From Spirochaetia bacterium (lineage in GTDB: Bacteria; Spirochaetota; Spirochaetia; SZUA-6; Bin103), in contig CBDBDQ010000005.1 of NCBI GenBank assembly GCA_965203905.1, positions 2,080,001 through 2,144,000 of the forward strand: a stretch of DNA of 64,000 bases. The letters are read 5' to 3'. Numbering within the stretch: the first letter of the stretch is position 1; every line of letters begins with the position of its first letter. Below the pieces are notes generated by a model. It worked only from the letters and a program-made list of their open reading frames with translations. It had not been told where the DNA came from and made no database searches. Positions 11,732 to 24,206 of the stretch are shown one piece after another. The position numbers were made by a program, and so were the translations under genes.

Positions 11732-12945
11732 TCGTCAGCGCGGATGTGGGCGATGATGCGGTCGGCAAATTCGCTGGTGGCAACCTGCGTGGCGTCTTCC
11801 ATCAGGCGCGCGAAGTCGTAGGTAACGTAGCGCTCGCCGATGGTGCGGGTCAGGGCGCCGTCGATCAGGCGCGCCGCTTCGTTCCAACCGAGGTACTCGA
11901 ACAGCATCACACCGGACAGGATGACCGACGACGGATTGATCACGTTCTTGCCCGCGTACTTGGGTGCCGTGCCGTGGGTCGCCTCGAAGATGGCATGACC
12001 GGTCCGGTAGTTGATGTTGGCGCCGGGAGCGATGCCGATGCCGCCTACCTGCGCTGCCAGCGCGTCGGAGATGTAGTCACCGTTCAGGTTCATTGTGGCT
12101 ACCACGTCGAACTCCGCCGGGCGGGTGAGAACCTGCTGCAGGAAGATGTCGGCGATGGTGTCCTTGATCAGGACCTTGCCGGGAGGAATCTCGCCGTCGA
12201 CCTGGTCCCAAGTGAGCGTATGCTCCGGGAAGTGCTCGGCGGCCACCTGGTAGCCCCACTCGCGGAATGCCCCCTCGGTGAACTTCTGGATGTTGCCCTT
12301 GTGGACCAGGGTCACACTGTGGCGCCGGTGCTCGATGGCGTACTCGATCGCCGCCCGCACCAGGCGTTCCGTACCCGTGCGGCTGATCGGCTTGATGCCG
12401 ATGCCGGAGTCGGCGCGCACCGACCAGCCCAGCTCCTGCTGCAGAAACTGCAGCAGCTTGTCGGCCTCGGGGCTGCCGGCCGCCACCTCGAATCCGGCGT
12501 AGACATCCTCGGTGTTCTCCCGAAACACCACCATGTCCACCCGTTCCGGCGTCCGCACCGGCGACGGTACGCCGGGGTAGTACTTCACCGGCCGCAGGCA
12601 CACGTACAGGTCGAGCCGCTGCCGCAGGGCCACGTTGAGACTGCGGATGCCGCCACCCACCGGCGTGGTGAGCGGACCCTTGATGCCCACCAGGTGATCG
12701 CGAAACGCGTCTTCGGTCGCCTCCGGCAGCCAGCTGCCGGTGCGGTCGAACGCCTTCTGGCCGGCCAGTACCTCGACCCACTCCACGCCGCGCCGGGTGC
12801 CGTACGCCTGGGTCACGGCGGCAGCGAATACCCGCACCGCCGCGGCCCAGATATCGGGTCCGGTGCCGTCCCCTTCGATGAACGGGATGAGGGGGCGGTC
12901 GGGGACCTGCAGCCCCGCACTGGTCATGGTTATGTAATGGCCCAC
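11728..12945 (-). CDS. icd: isocitrate dehydrogenase
   Basis: [52 protein letters not shown]. Confidence 0.97.
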   Translation of the reverse strand: MGHYITMTSAGLQVPDRPLIPFIEGDGTGPDIWAAAVRVFAAAVTQAYGTRRGVEWVEVLAGQKAFDRTGSWLPEATEDAFRDHLVGIKGPLTTPVGGGIRSLNVALRQRLDLYVCLRPVKYYPGVPSPVRTPERVDMVVFRENTEDVYAGFEVAAGSPEADKLLQFLQQELGWSVRADSGIGIKPISRTGTERLVRAAIEYAIEHRRHSVTLVHKGNIQKFTEGAFREWGYQVAAEHFPEHTLTWDQVDGEIPPGKVLIKDTIADIFLQQVLTRPAEFDVVATMNLNGDYISDALAAQVGGIGIAPGANINYRTGHAIFEATHGTAPKYAGKNVINPSSVILSGVMLFEYLGWNEAARLIDGALTRTIGERYVTYDFARLMEDATQVATSEFADRIIAHIRADE

Positions 12946-13129
12946 GCGTCCTCCACTTGACGTCTCCTGACGCTGGCCAGAGTGTAGCCGCGCGCCTGCC
13001 GCCGCTCAACCGACCGCGGTGCTGCGGCGCGGCTCGGGAGGCAGCATGTGTGCCCGCCAGCGCGTCCTGGAAGCGGCGCCGCGTCAAGGTTTGTGTTAAT
13101 CTCGCGCTGATCCAGGTCCGGAGGCAAAC

Positions 13130-14206
13130 GTGCTGAAAAAGTTCGAGGTTCCCAGCGAGATCGCGGTGCGGGTGACGCTCGCGGACGTCCGCCGTACCAC
13201 CGAGGAGCTGCTGCAGGCGGTCGGCATGCCGGAGGCCGGCGCGCGGCAGACCGCAGACGTGCTCATGTACGCCGACCTGCGGGGCATCGACACCCATGGT
13301 GTCAGCAACATGCTGCGCGGCTACCTCCGGTCTCTCGCGAGCGGCGCCATGAATCCGACTCCGCGGTGGCGCATGGTGCGCGACAACAAGGCCACCTGCG
13401 TGATCGACGGCGACGGCGGACATGGGATGGTGGTGTCCCCGGCAGCGATGAGCGAGGCGATCAGGCGCGCTGCCGAGTTCGGCATCGGCTCGGTGTCGGT
13501 GACCAACTGCCGCCATCTCGGCCCCTGTTCCTACTACGCCGAGATGGCCCTGGAGCACCGTATGCTGGGCCAGGTGACGACCACCGGCGGCGTAGGCATG
13601 GTCCCGACCTTCGGTACCCGGCCGCTGCTCGGGCTCAACGCCATGGCGTTCGCGGCGCCGACCCGGCGCAACCCTCCCTTCGTGTACGACGCATCCCCGA
13701 GCGTGGTGGCGGGCAACAAGCTGGCCCTGGCGCGGCGTCTGGGGCAGACCGTGCTGCCGGGATGGATCACCGACGAGCACGGCAACCCGATCATGGAGGA
13801 GGTTCCGATACCGGAGAAGTACATGCTGCTGCCCCTCGGCTCGACCCGCGAGGGCGGATCGCAGAAGGGCTATGCCCTGTCGGTCATCGGCGAGATCCTG
13901 ACCAGTGTGCTGGGCGGCGCCGGCGCGGGTCCCAGACGCCGCTCCGGCTCCGTCCATCATTTCCTGGCATACGACATTGCGAGCTTCTCGGAGCCGGAGG
14001 AGTTCATGGCCGATCTGGACCGGTACCTGACTGACCTGCTTGAGTGCCCCACGGTCTCCGGCACCGGCAGGGTGCTCTACTCGGGGTATCCCGAGGCTCG
14101 TACCGAGGCGGAACGGCGCGAGAACGGGATCCCGTACCACCCGGAGGTGATCGAGTGGTTCAGAACCGCCACCACCGAGCACGGAGTCGCCTGGCGATTG
14201 ACATGA
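13130..14206 (+). CDS. Ldh_2 family (malate/L-lactate/sulfolactate-type) oxidoreductase
   Basis: ADLRGIDTHG, DGDGGHG, HLG, KGYAL motifs. Confidence 0.85.
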   Translation: MLKKFEVPSEIAVRVTLADVRRTTEELLQAVGMPEAGARQTADVLMYADLRGIDTHGVSNMLRGYLRSLASGAMNPTPRWRMVRDNKATCVIDGDGGHGMVVSPAAMSEAIRRAAEFGIGSVSVTNCRHLGPCSYYAEMALEHRMLGQVTTTGGVGMVPTFGTRPLLGLNAMAFAAPTRRNPPFVYDASPSVVAGNKLALARRLGQTVLPGWITDEHGNPIMEEVPIPEKYMLLPLGSTREGGSQKGYALSVIGEILTSVLGGAGAGPRRRSGSVHHFLAYDIASFSEPEEFMADLDRYLTDLLECPTVSGTGRVLYSGYPEARTEAERRENGIPYHPEVIEWFRTATTEHGVAWRLT

Positions 14207-14328
14207 GAAGATGCGTCGCAGTTCGTGCTTCGCGAACCTCGTCCGGCGCCGGTAACCGGCTGCGAGTGTGAGCGACGGTGCGGGCGGGGCTTGACGAGGC
14301 TGTTTCGGCCGTGCTAGCAAGGCCCGCG

Positions 14329-14913
14329 ATGCAACGACGAGCTCTCTACCTCAGCTTGGCAGTATTGCTGGCCGGCGTGAGCCCGGCCTGCGCCCAGTCC
14401 GACGAGCGCGATACCCTGCTCGGGGTCAACCTCGCCGGGCCTCTGTTCGGGGTTTACAGTGGATCCTTCCAGCAGCTTCTCCAGAACGATCTGAGCATCT
14501 TCGTACGCGCGGCGTACTTCGCTCCCGAATGGAGCGTGGTGTATCGCGATCTCGTGCCCGAGGACTGGACCTACTGGGCGGTCGATGGCGAGGTCGGTGC
14601 CAATTACTACCCGCAGGATATTGCTCCCAGCGGATTTTATGCGGGGGTGGGACTGGCCCCCAGCTACCTCTTTCTTCGAGACCAGGATGGCAACGAGGCG
14701 GCGGGCCTGCGCCTGGGAATGGTAACCCAGGTCGGCTACCAGTTCGTGTGGGGCCCGATCGCGGTGGGACCGCGAGCCAGCATGGGGTACCATTGGGTGT
14801 TGGCCGAGCTTTCCGCTCTGGAAGACGCCGATGTACAGAACGAGAACGGCATAAAGGGCGTCGTTTCCGGGTTTTGGCTTGGAGCAGGTCTCGACCTCTC
14901 GGTAGCCTTCTAA
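14329..14913 (+). CDS. outer-membrane beta-barrel protein (DUF3575-like)
   Basis: Signal peptide, amphipathic beta strands, terminal Phe (LSVAF). Confidence 0.55.
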   Translation: MQRRALYLSLAVLLAGVSPACAQSDERDTLLGVNLAGPLFGVYSGSFQQLLQNDLSIFVRAAYFAPEWSVVYRDLVPEDWTYWAVDGEVGANYYPQDIAPSGFYAGVGLAPSYLFLRDQDGNEAAGLRLGMVTQVGYQFVWGPIAVGPRASMGYHWVLAELSALEDADVQNENGIKGVVSGFWLGAGLDLSVAF

Positions 14914-14945
14914 CCCCGAGCGGGTCTTGCGATCGTCGCTGCACA

Positions 14946-16034
14946 GTGCTGCACGAGGCAGAGCACGGAGGGTACTACAATCCGATCACGCGGAATCGGT
15001 GCGGCACGGCCACCGCATTGCTGGTCCTCGTCGCGGGCGCGACGCTTCTCGGATGTGCCGGGGATTATCCTGAATACCGGATCGGGAACCGCCAATACGA
15101 TCGCCAGATTTCCGAGCTGCTCGCATTGCTGGAGCAGGAGACCGGTGGTGCGGAACGGCGCTTCATGATCGTACAGGAGATTTCCAAGGTGCTGCGCGCC
15201 GCTGGAGCGCCGCGGCGTCAACTGCTGTTTCTCACCACCTACGTCGAGACCCATCCTACGGACCTCTACAACGCCTTCTACCTGATGTCCGTGGCGGAGG
15301 GATATCGGGAAATGGACTCGGCTCCGCTGGCGGCACACTACTACGAGCGCACGCTCAACTATCCGGATGCCCTGGTCCGGGGGCGCTCGATTCACTTGGC
15401 GGCCCTCACCGAGCTGATAGCGCTGGAGCGCGATTCCCAGCGCCTGGTGGAGCTGTACAAGCAACTGATAGGCCGCTTTCGCGATGCCATAGATCCCGGT
15501 CGCAGCCACTTCTTTCTGGCCCGCTCCTATGAGGCACTCGGAGAATGGGAGCAGGCGGTCCAGGCCTACCGGGTGTATCTGCAGCACGCGACCACCGACA
15601 TCCCGGGATTCCCCAACGTGCACCGCGAGGTCCTCGACAAGGTGAACTTCCACTTCTCCGACAAGAGCTGGGTGATGCAGGATCTGGATTCGCTGGTAGC
15701 GGAGATAAAGGGTGCCATCAGCCGCCGCGATCAGCGTGCACTGCGCCGGTTGCGTTCCCAGTCCGGCTTCTTCACCATGTCGTGGGAGCAGCAGGTAGCT
15801 GACGAGAGTGCCGCGCGGGTGTTCGACCTGTCGGCGTTCCCGCTGTCGCGGGTCCGGTTCGACGACCAGTTGGACCCCGACTCCAACGCCGGTGAGGCGT
15901 TTCTGCGGACCACCGGCTGGTCGCACCGGGTCAAGACCTGGTACCTGTACTTCCGCCGCATCGACTTCAAGGCAGACCCCGAAATCGATGGTCGCTGGGA
16001 GTGGGCGGGGATATTTTTCGGCGAGAAACTATGA
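14946..16034 (+). CDS. tetratricopeptide-repeat lipoprotein
   Basis: Lipobox LLGC; TPR-like segments (FFLARSYEALGEWEQAVQAY); start codon uncertain. Confidence 0.7.
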   Translation: MLHEAEHGGYYNPITRNRCGTATALLVLVAGATLLGCAGDYPEYRIGNRQYDRQISELLALLEQETGGAERRFMIVQEISKVLRAAGAPRRQLLFLTTYVETHPTDLYNAFYLMSVAEGYREMDSAPLAAHYYERTLNYPDALVRGRSIHLAALTELIALERDSQRLVELYKQLIGRFRDAIDPGRSHFFLARSYEALGEWEQAVQAYRVYLQHATTDIPGFPNVHREVLDKVNFHFSDKSWVMQDLDSLVAEIKGAISRRDQRALRRLRSQSGFFTMSWEQQVADESAARVFDLSAFPLSRVRFDDQLDPDSNAGEAFLRTTGWSHRVKTWYLYFRRIDFKADPEIDGRWEWAGIFFGEKL

Positions 16035-16162
16035 CGGTGCGCCGTGCAGGCAGTCTTACCATACGTGAACTTGGCGCGCATCCCGGCGCGTCACCGGTGC
16101 CGGCGGTGCCGTGCCGCGGGCGCAGCCCCACCGTAGTGCGCGCGACGCCGCGGTGGCGCGCC

Positions 16163-17578
16163 ATGGCGGTGGCGACGCTGCTGGCGGCAGCAGCGCTGCC
16201 GGCGCCTGCACAGCACCTCCTGGACATCGTACCTGCATCCCTGACCATTCCCGACCAACCTCGCGTGGCATATTGGGCCGACAGCTACGGCAGCGCCGCG
16301 CTGCGGTCGTGGATGCAGAAGGTCCTGCTGCGAACCGCTTTCTACGCCGATCACATTCTGCAGCAGCTGGAGGAGCGCGGCATGCCGGCGGAGCTGGTGT
16401 TCCTGCCGGCGATCGAGTCCGATTACGACGGCTGGGCCACCTCGCCGGCCGGCGCAGTCGGCCTGTGGCAGCTGATGCGCGGCACGGCACAGCTCTACGG
16501 GCTGGTCACCGACGAAATGATCGACGAACGGCGCGACTTCTGGAAGGCTACCGACGTGGCCCTGCGCATCCTGGAGGCCAACCGTCGCGAACTGGGCAGT
16601 TGGGAGCTGGCTCTGGCGGCCTACAACGCCGGGAAGGGCCGTGTGCGCCGCGACGTGCGCAACGGGGGCACCAGTGACTTCTGGGAGTTGCGCCGCAACG
16701 GCCTGCTGCCGCGCGAGACCAGGGACTTCGTGCCGCGCTTCTACGGTCTGGTGCTGGCGCTGCGCCGCTACGCCGCCAGCGACTCGCCGGCGGTGGACGA
16801 TCTCTACCGCTGGCGGCGGGTGACGGTGCCCGATGGCGTCGATCTGCACCAGCTCGGCGCGCTCAGCGGCGTGGCGAGCGAGGTCCTGGAACGGGCCAAC
16901 GCCGAGCTGAACTTCGGCCTGGCTCCCGCCGGTGGGGAAAGCGATCCGTACCTGCTGAAGGTTCCGGTAGACTCTTATGAAGAGCTGACCGCCGTGCTGG
17001 AGGATCCTTCCATCACGCTGGTGCGGTTGCACCGGCACGTCATTCGCAGCGGCGACACATTGTCCGAGCTGGCCGCGGCGTTCGAGGTCAGCGTGCCCCT
17101 GATTCGCCGCTTCAATACCCGCGTGAATCCGCGCCGGATGCAGATCGGGGTGGGGCTGTTCATTCCGTTGCTGGGCGACTTGGATCCCACCACCGTACGG
17201 TTTCCCGAGTTGGGCGATCCCCGCCCCTTCGAGTTCGACTACCGGGTGGTGGCCGGCGATTCGCTGTGGCGCATCGCGCGCCTGCATGAGACCACCGTGG
17301 AGGCGCTTGCCGCCGCCAACAGGCTGCCCCCGAGCGCTGTGCTGCAGCCGGGCCAGATCCTGCAGGTGCCGGACCGACTGAGCGATCCGGGACGCTTCGA
17401 GTTCGACTACCGGGTGGTGGCCGGCGATTCGCTGTGGCGCATCGCACGCCTGCATGACACCACCGTGGAGGCGCTTGCCGCCGCCAATGGGCTGCGGCCG
17501 AGCGCCGTGCTGCATCCGGGCCAGATCCTGCAGGTGCCGCACCGCGCGCTGCCGCCCACCGTCGCGTCGCGGGCGTGA
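16163..17578 (+). CDS. lytic transglycosylase (MltD-like) with three LysM domains
   Basis: IES, GLWQLM, AAYNAG, ETRDFVP SLT motifs; GDTL and 2x GDSLWRIA LysM motifs. Confidence 0.92.
   Translation: MAVATLLAAAALPAPAQHLLDIVPASLTIPDQPRVAYWADSYGSAALRSWMQKVLLRTAFYADHILQQLEERGMPAELVFLPAIESDYDGWATSPAGAVGLWQLMRGTAQLYGLVTDEMIDERRDFWKATDVALRILEANRRELGSWELALAAYNAGKGRVRRDVRNGGTSDFWELRRNGLLPRETRDFVPRFYGLVLALRRYAASDSPAVDDLYRWRRVTVPDGVDLHQLGALSGVASEVLERANAELNFGLAPAGGESDPYLLKVPVDSYEELTAVLEDPSITLVRLHRHVIRSGDTLSELAAAFEVSVPLIRRFNTRVNPRRMQIGVGLFIPLLGDLDPTTVRFPELGDPRPFEFDYRVVAGDSLWRIARLHETTVEALAAANRLPPSAVLQPGQILQVPDRLSDPGRFEFDYRVVAGDSLWRIARLHDTTVEALAAANGLRPSAVLHPGQILQVPHRALPPTVASRA
17228..17539 (+). repeat. tandem duplication of a LysM-coding unit (period 168 bp)
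   Basis: 17228-17371 and 17396-17539 are near-identical (TTCGAGTTCGACTACCGGGTGGTGGCCGGCGATTCGCTGTGG...). Confidence 0.9.
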
Positions 17579-19200
17579 GGCTGCTAGGGCTCGCCAGGAT
17601 CGGAGGAGTCGCCGGCGCCTGTGCGCTGCTGCTCGCCGCCTGCGGGCAGGCAGCGCGCGGCTCTGGCGTGGTGCTGTGGAGTGTTGCCGGTGCACCGCCC
17701 ACGGGAGCCGTCATCCACATCATCGAGGAGTCCTCCATCGAGGACCGCTACCTGGTTCTCAGCGCCGGCGCTGATCGGGATGAGGAACCGGTAGCGGTGG
17801 AGCGCTGGCGCGTGCGGGTGTATCCCGACACCGAACAGGCGACCGCATTCGCCGCGCGCTACGCGCCCTTCACCGACAGCTATGGGTACGCCGTTCGCAG
17901 CGGTCTCCCGGTACGCGCCGAGGCCTCGGCCACCGCTGACATCGTCTACAAGCTGCGCGAGGGGCAGGTGACCAAGGTGTTGGAGCGAGGCGCACAGCCG
18001 GAGCGGGTCGGAGCGTACGAGAACTACTGGTACCAGGTGCTCACCGAAGATGGCGTCGCGGGGTATACCTTCGGGGAGTTCCTCCCGGTGTTCCAGACCA
18101 GCGGCGACCCGCATGCGGAAGCCGCCCGGCTGCGCGCCGACGATCCCACGCTCGAGCACCTGTTGGCCACGGTGTGGCGTCCCGATTACTTCCGCGCCAT
18201 GCTGATCACCGGCCGTTACGACCTGCGCCGGTTTCGGGCCGAGTACGGCCTGTTCCCCGATCCCGTAGCGCGGGTGTTCCGCCTGGTCACGGAGACCGGC
18301 ACCCGGGAGTTTCGCTACCGCACCGTGGAGCGGGTCGGTGAGGGCCGCTACGTGTTCCATCTGGAGGATGACGCCAGTCAGGCGCGCTTCACCGTGCACA
18401 GCTCGCACCGGGTGTCCATGTCCTACAGCGCCGCGGGACGCCAGGTGACGCGGGTGTTCGTGCAACTGTCGCGCGACGTCGCGGCGTCGATCGTCGCGGA
18501 GCAGGAGCGCCGCGACCGCCTCTACCGCGGCCTGGTGGAGCGCGGTGCGGTGTTGCACAGCAGCGGCTACGGCACCATCGAGCTGGGGCCGGAGCGCCGC
18601 TTTCGCTGGCAGCGGTTCCTGGCCCTGGTCCCGGAGCTGCTGCCGCCGGGACTGCGGGGCACGGGCCGCGTGGACTTTCGCTACGCGCCGGCACCGGAGC
18701 TGGGCGGCGGCTACGATACCGTCATCAGCTTCCTGTTCGACGGCGACGAGCCGGCAGCGGCGGCCGGCAGTACCGGAGGCCCTGCTCCGGCCGCTTCGCC
18801 ACCCGTCTCCGAGGAGGGCGGTACCGCCACCGAGGAGCAGCCTGACGGTCCCGCTGCCGCAGCGGATTCGGCGCGGCTGCCGGCGGCCCGAGCGCCGGGA
18901 GCCGCGGGCACAGGGGCCGATACCGACGCCGGCGCGGCGCCCGGCGACTCCGTGGACTCGGTGGCCGACGCCGCCGCCCCGGCCGCCGCCCCGGCCGCCG
19001 AGCCACCACCCGTCGAGCCACCACCCGTCGAGCCGGCGGCGGAACTCACGCTGCTGGCGGAATACGACCACAACGGCATCCGCCTCACCCCGGCGGAGCC
19101 CGATCCGGTCACCCTGCTCGTGACCCACGTCAGCCGCTCCCCGGTGGTGATGTACTTCTCGTTCGTGGCGGCCGGCGGCTCAGCAGCGGACGATGGCTGA
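17575..19200 (+). CDS. SH3-domain-containing lipoprotein with Ala/Pro-rich insertion
   Basis: Lipobox LAAC; SH3b-like segment LPVRAE...VYKLREG...WYQVLTEDGVAGY. Confidence 0.7.
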   Translation: MRLLGLARIGGVAGACALLLAACGQAARGSGVVLWSVAGAPPTGAVIHIIEESSIEDRYLVLSAGADRDEEPVAVERWRVRVYPDTEQATAFAARYAPFTDSYGYAVRSGLPVRAEASATADIVYKLREGQVTKVLERGAQPERVGAYENYWYQVLTEDGVAGYTFGEFLPVFQTSGDPHAEAARLRADDPTLEHLLATVWRPDYFRAMLITGRYDLRRFRAEYGLFPDPVARVFRLVTETGTREFRYRTVERVGEGRYVFHLEDDASQARFTVHSSHRVSMSYSAAGRQVTRVFVQLSRDVAASIVAEQERRDRLYRGLVERGAVLHSSGYGTIELGPERRFRWQRFLALVPELLPPGLRGTGRVDFRYAPAPELGGGYDTVISFLFDGDEPAAAAGSTGGPAPAASPPVSEEGGTATEEQPDGPAAAADSARLPAARAPGAAGTGADTDAGAAPGDSVDSVADAAAPAAAPAAEPPPVEPPPVEPAAELTLLAEYDHNGIRLTPAEPDPVTLLVTHVSRSPVVMYFSFVAAGGSAADDG

Positions 19201-19209
19201 TGCTACAAT
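19201..19209 (+). promoter_or_regulatory. extended -10 element upstream of the ABC-F gene
   Basis: TG-c-TACAAT, 15 nt before ATG 19225. Confidence 0.45.
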
Positions 19210-19224
19210 CGCGGCGCAGCGGGC

Positions 19225-21188
19225 ATGGTGACACTCAGCGAAATCTCGGTGACCTACGGCGAGCAGGTGGTGCTGGAGGACGTCAGTCTGACCGTCGACC
19301 GTGGTGCCCGCATCGCGTTGTGCGGGCCAACGGCAGTGGCAAGTCCACCCTGATGCGGATCATCGCCGGGCATGGCAGCGCCGACCGCGGGCGCGTCATC
19401 GCACGGCGTGACGTCAGCATCGCCTACCTGGTGCAGTCCGGAGTGGAGCATAGCGGTCACACGCTCCACGAGGAGCTGTCCCTGGCGTTCACCCACGAGC
19501 TCGCCGCCGAACGGGAGCTGCGCCAGGTGGAGGAACAGATGGCTGCCACGGACGACGCAGTGCAGCTTGATCGGCTGTTGCAGCGCTATGCGCAGCTCAC
19601 CGAGCGGGTGAGTCCCGATGGTGCCGCCGAGCGCGCCGCCCGTCTCGACCGGGTAAGCAGGGGCCTGGGGTTCGGTCCGCGCGACGCGGACAAGGAGACC
19701 AGCACCTTCTCCTCTGGCTGGCAGATGCGCATCGCCCTGGCCAAGCTGCTGCTGCAGGGATCTGATCTGATGCTACTCGACGAGCCATCCAACTACCTCG
19801 ACCTGGACGCGCGCCAATGGCTGGAGGGATATCTGCGTTCCTATCGCGGTGGGTTCCTGCTGGTGGCCCATGACCGGATGTTGCTGGATCGTACCTGCGA
19901 CCGGGTGGCGGAGATCTATCGCGGCAAGCTGCGTACCTGGCCCGGCAGCTTCTCCGAATACCTGCAACGCCGCGCGGCCGAGCTGGAGCAGATGGCCGCC
20001 GCCTACGAACGCCAGCAGGAGGACATTGCGCGCATGGAGGCGTTCGTACGCAAGTTCCGAGCCAACTCCTCCAAGGCGCGCCTGGTGCAGAGCCGCGTCA
20101 AGCAGCTCGAGCGCATGCCGCGACTGGAGCCACCCCCGGTGCAGTCGCACATCACGTTCAGCTTTCCGCCGGCGCCAAAGGGCGGGCGGCGCGCCCTCGG
20201 AGTGTCGGGACTGAGTCTCTCCTACGGCTCGCAGCAGGTAATCCGCGATCTGGATCTGGAGCTGGACCGCGGCGACCGCCTGGCCCTGGTAGGCGACAAC
20301 GGCGTCGGCAAGTCCACCCTGATGCGCGCCCTGGCCGGGGCCATGCCGGTTCCGGCGGGACAGGTGATACTGGGCACCGGAGTCACGGTGGGCTATTACG
20401 CGCAGGACCGCGCCGAGCAGCTGACCGGCAGTCGCAGCGTGCTGGAGGAGATGGAGGCGGTGGCGCCCACCGAGATGGTTCCGCGCCTCAGAAACCTGCT
20501 CGGCGCCTTCCTGTTCAGCGGCGACGACGTGTTCAAGTCGCTCGGCGTGCTCAGCGGCGGCGAGCGCAGCCGCGTGGCGCTGGTACGGCTGCTGCTGGAG
20601 CCCGCCAACCTGCTGCTGCTCGACGAGCCCACCAGCCACCTCGACCTGAGCGCCATCAGCGTCCTCACCCAGGCGCTGCGGGGCTTTGCCGGGACCCTGG
20701 TGTTCGCCTCTCACGATGAGTACTTCATCGCCCAGCTCGCCACCAGGGTGCTGGAGGTGACGCGCGATCGGGTGTGGCTCTATCATGGCGGCTGGGACTA
20801 CTATCAGTGGAAACGGGCCGCGGTTGCTGCTGATGGGGCGCTACTGGAGCGGGCACCGGGCGCGACCGGGCTGGCGGCGGATCCGGCGCCGGCGCAACGG
20901 CAGCGGCGCGACGGCGGCCGCCGTCGTGCCGGGCGCGAGCGGGGCCAGCGTTCGCCCGAGGCCCTGCAGCGGCGCCAGCAGGCGTTGCTCGACGAGCTCG
21001 ACCGGTTGCAGCAGACCGAGCGCCGGCTGCAAGATCAGCTCAGCGATCCCGCGGTCTATACTGACGGCAGCCGGGTGCGGGACCTGAAGCGCCGGCTCCG
21101 CGACAACGGCAACGCGCAGCAGGCAACCACGGTGGCCTGGGAGGAGGTAGAACGGACCCTGCAGGGGACCGGACACACGGCACGATGA
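19225..21188 (+). pseudogene. ABC-F family ATPase (YheS/Uup-like), frameshifted at Walker A as sequenced
   Basis: ATG 19225 reads MVTLSEISVTYGEQVVLEDVSLTVDRGARIALCG; the continuation ANGSGKST is in another frame (one G missing at 19324-19326); two NBDs follow. Confidence 0.8.
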
Positions 21189-22534
21189 ATCCGTTCAAGG
21201 CGTACGACATCCGCGGCACCTATGGACCCGAGATCGACGACACCCTGGCATTCCGGGTGGGGCGCGCCTTTGCCCGCTTCACCGGTGGCGTGGACCTGCT
21301 GGGAGCAAGCGACGCCCGCATCCACTCGGCCGAGTTGCTGCGCGCCTTCGGCGCCGGCGCCGCCACTGCGGGCAGCACGGTGCACGACGCCGGCTGTACC
21401 AGCACCCCGGCGCTGCACTACCTGCAGATGGAGCGCGGTTACGGTGCCGGCGTGATGGCTACCGCGTCGCACAATCCGCCGCAGTACCACGGCTTCAAGC
21501 TCTACGACGGCAGCGGCGGCTCGGTGGGTTACGCCAAGGGCCTGCGCGAGATCGAGGCCGCGGTGGCCGGAGACAGCAGTCTGCCGCCCGCGTCACCGCC
21601 GCCGCTGCCGGCGTTGCCGGCAACCGCGCTGGACGCCTACGTGGAGTTCGCCACCGCCCACGTACGGCCCGAGGTGCGCGGCATGAAGGTGGTGCTGGAC
21701 GCCTCCAACGGCTCCTCCGGCGCGCTGCTGCAGGCGGCATCGGCGCGCCTGGGGCTGGACGCCACCGTCCTCAACGCCACCCCCGACGGCTCGTTTCCCG
21801 CGCACCTGCCCAACCCGCTGGAGCCGGACAGCCAGCGCCAGGTGGCGGCCGCGGTGCCGCGGACCGGAGCGGTGCTGGGCGCCGTGCTGGATGGGGACGG
21901 CGACCGCATCCTGTTCTTCGACGAGACCGGGCGGCCGCTGGAGAGCTACTTCGCGGGCGCCCTCATCGCCGGTGCGCTGCTGGAGCGGCATCCCGGCGCC
22001 GCCATCGTCTACGACCTGGTGTCCTCGCGGGTGTTCCCGGAAGCGATCGCGGCCGCCGGCGGCATCCCGGTCAAGGCGCGCGTCGGATACAGCTTTCTCT
22101 ACGACGAGATGGTCCGCACCCGCGCTCGGTACGGCAACGAGACCTCGGGCCATCTCTACTTCCGGGTGAGCGATTCCTTCTACACCGAGTCTGCGATCTA
22201 CGGGCTCGGCGTGCTGCTCAACCTGCTGCTGCAGCGCGGGCGGCCGTTGTCGGAGCTGGCAGCGCCGCTGCGTGCCCGCTACGTGCAGCAGGAGGAGGTG
22301 AACATCCGCATCGAGGGATTGGATCCCAAGGCGGCGCTGCAGCGGGTGCGGGCGGCATTTGCCGACGGCCGGCAGGAAGAGCTGGATGGGGTGAGCGTGA
22401 GCTACGACCGCTTCTGGTTCAATCTGCGCTCCAGCAACACCGAGCCGCTGCTGCGGCTGCGCCTGGAGGCGGTCGATGAAGAGGCGGTCGCGAAAGCCAC
22501 CGCCCGCATCCTGGAGCTGGTTGGAGGGAAGTGA
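21185..22534 (+). CDS. phosphomannomutase/phosphoglucomutase
   Basis: [30 protein letters not shown]. Confidence 0.93.
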   Translation: MNPFKAYDIRGTYGPEIDDTLAFRVGRAFARFTGGVDLLGASDARIHSAELLRAFGAGAATAGSTVHDAGCTSTPALHYLQMERGYGAGVMATASHNPPQYHGFKLYDGSGGSVGYAKGLREIEAAVAGDSSLPPASPPPLPALPATALDAYVEFATAHVRPEVRGMKVVLDASNGSSGALLQAASARLGLDATVLNATPDGSFPAHLPNPLEPDSQRQVAAAVPRTGAVLGAVLDGDGDRILFFDETGRPLESYFAGALIAGALLERHPGAAIVYDLVSSRVFPEAIAAAGGIPVKARVGYSFLYDEMVRTRARYGNETSGHLYFRVSDSFYTESAIYGLGVLLNLLLQRGRPLSELAAPLRARYVQQEEVNIRIEGLDPKAALQRVRAAFADGRQEELDGVSVSYDRFWFNLRSSNTEPLLRLRLEAVDEEAVAKATARILELVGGK

Positions 22535-23112
22535 TGAGAATCCGTTACAACGCGCCCGCGGTACTCTCCTACGCGCTGCTCAGCGTGGCGGTGCTGGTGG
22601 CGGACCTGTTCGCCAACGGCCAGGTTTCGCGGCTCTACTTCGCGGTGCCGCCGACCTTCGACGGACAGTCGCTGCTGAGCTACTTTCAGGTGTTCTCCCA
22701 CATCGCCGGTCACCACGACTGGACCCACCTGGTGGCCAACTTCTCGCTGATCCTGCTGATCGGGCCGATCCTGGAGGAGAAGTACCACTCGGGACCGTTG
22801 CTGATGATGATGCTGGTCACCGCGCTGGTTACCGGGGTGATCAACATCCTGTTCCTCGATACCGGCCTGATGGGCGCGAGCGGCGTGGTGTTCATGATGA
22901 TCCTGCTCAGCTCCTTCACCAACATCGCCAGCGGCGAGATCCCCCTCACCTTCATCCTGGTGGTGGTGGTCTACCTCGCACGCGAGGTGATCGGTGCGTT
23001 CTCGGAAGACAGCGTGGCCCAGTTCGCGCACATCGCCGGCGGCGTCTGCGGCAGCCTGTTCGGATTCCTGTTCCAGCGCCAGCCCAAGGGCCGTTCCAGG
23101 GCGGAAGCGTAA
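22534..23112 (+). CDS. rhomboid family intramembrane serine protease
   Basis: Hydrophobic; HLVAN, GASG, AHIAG. Confidence 0.9.
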   Translation: MRIRYNAPAVLSYALLSVAVLVADLFANGQVSRLYFAVPPTFDGQSLLSYFQVFSHIAGHHDWTHLVANFSLILLIGPILEEKYHSGPLLMMMLVTALVTGVINILFLDTGLMGASGVVFMMILLSSFTNIASGEIPLTFILVVVVYLAREVIGAFSEDSVAQFAHIAGGVCGSLFGFLFQRQPKGRSRAEA

Positions 23113-23114
23113 CC

Positions 23115-24205
<1,091 letters not shown>

Positions 24206-24206
<1 letters not shown>

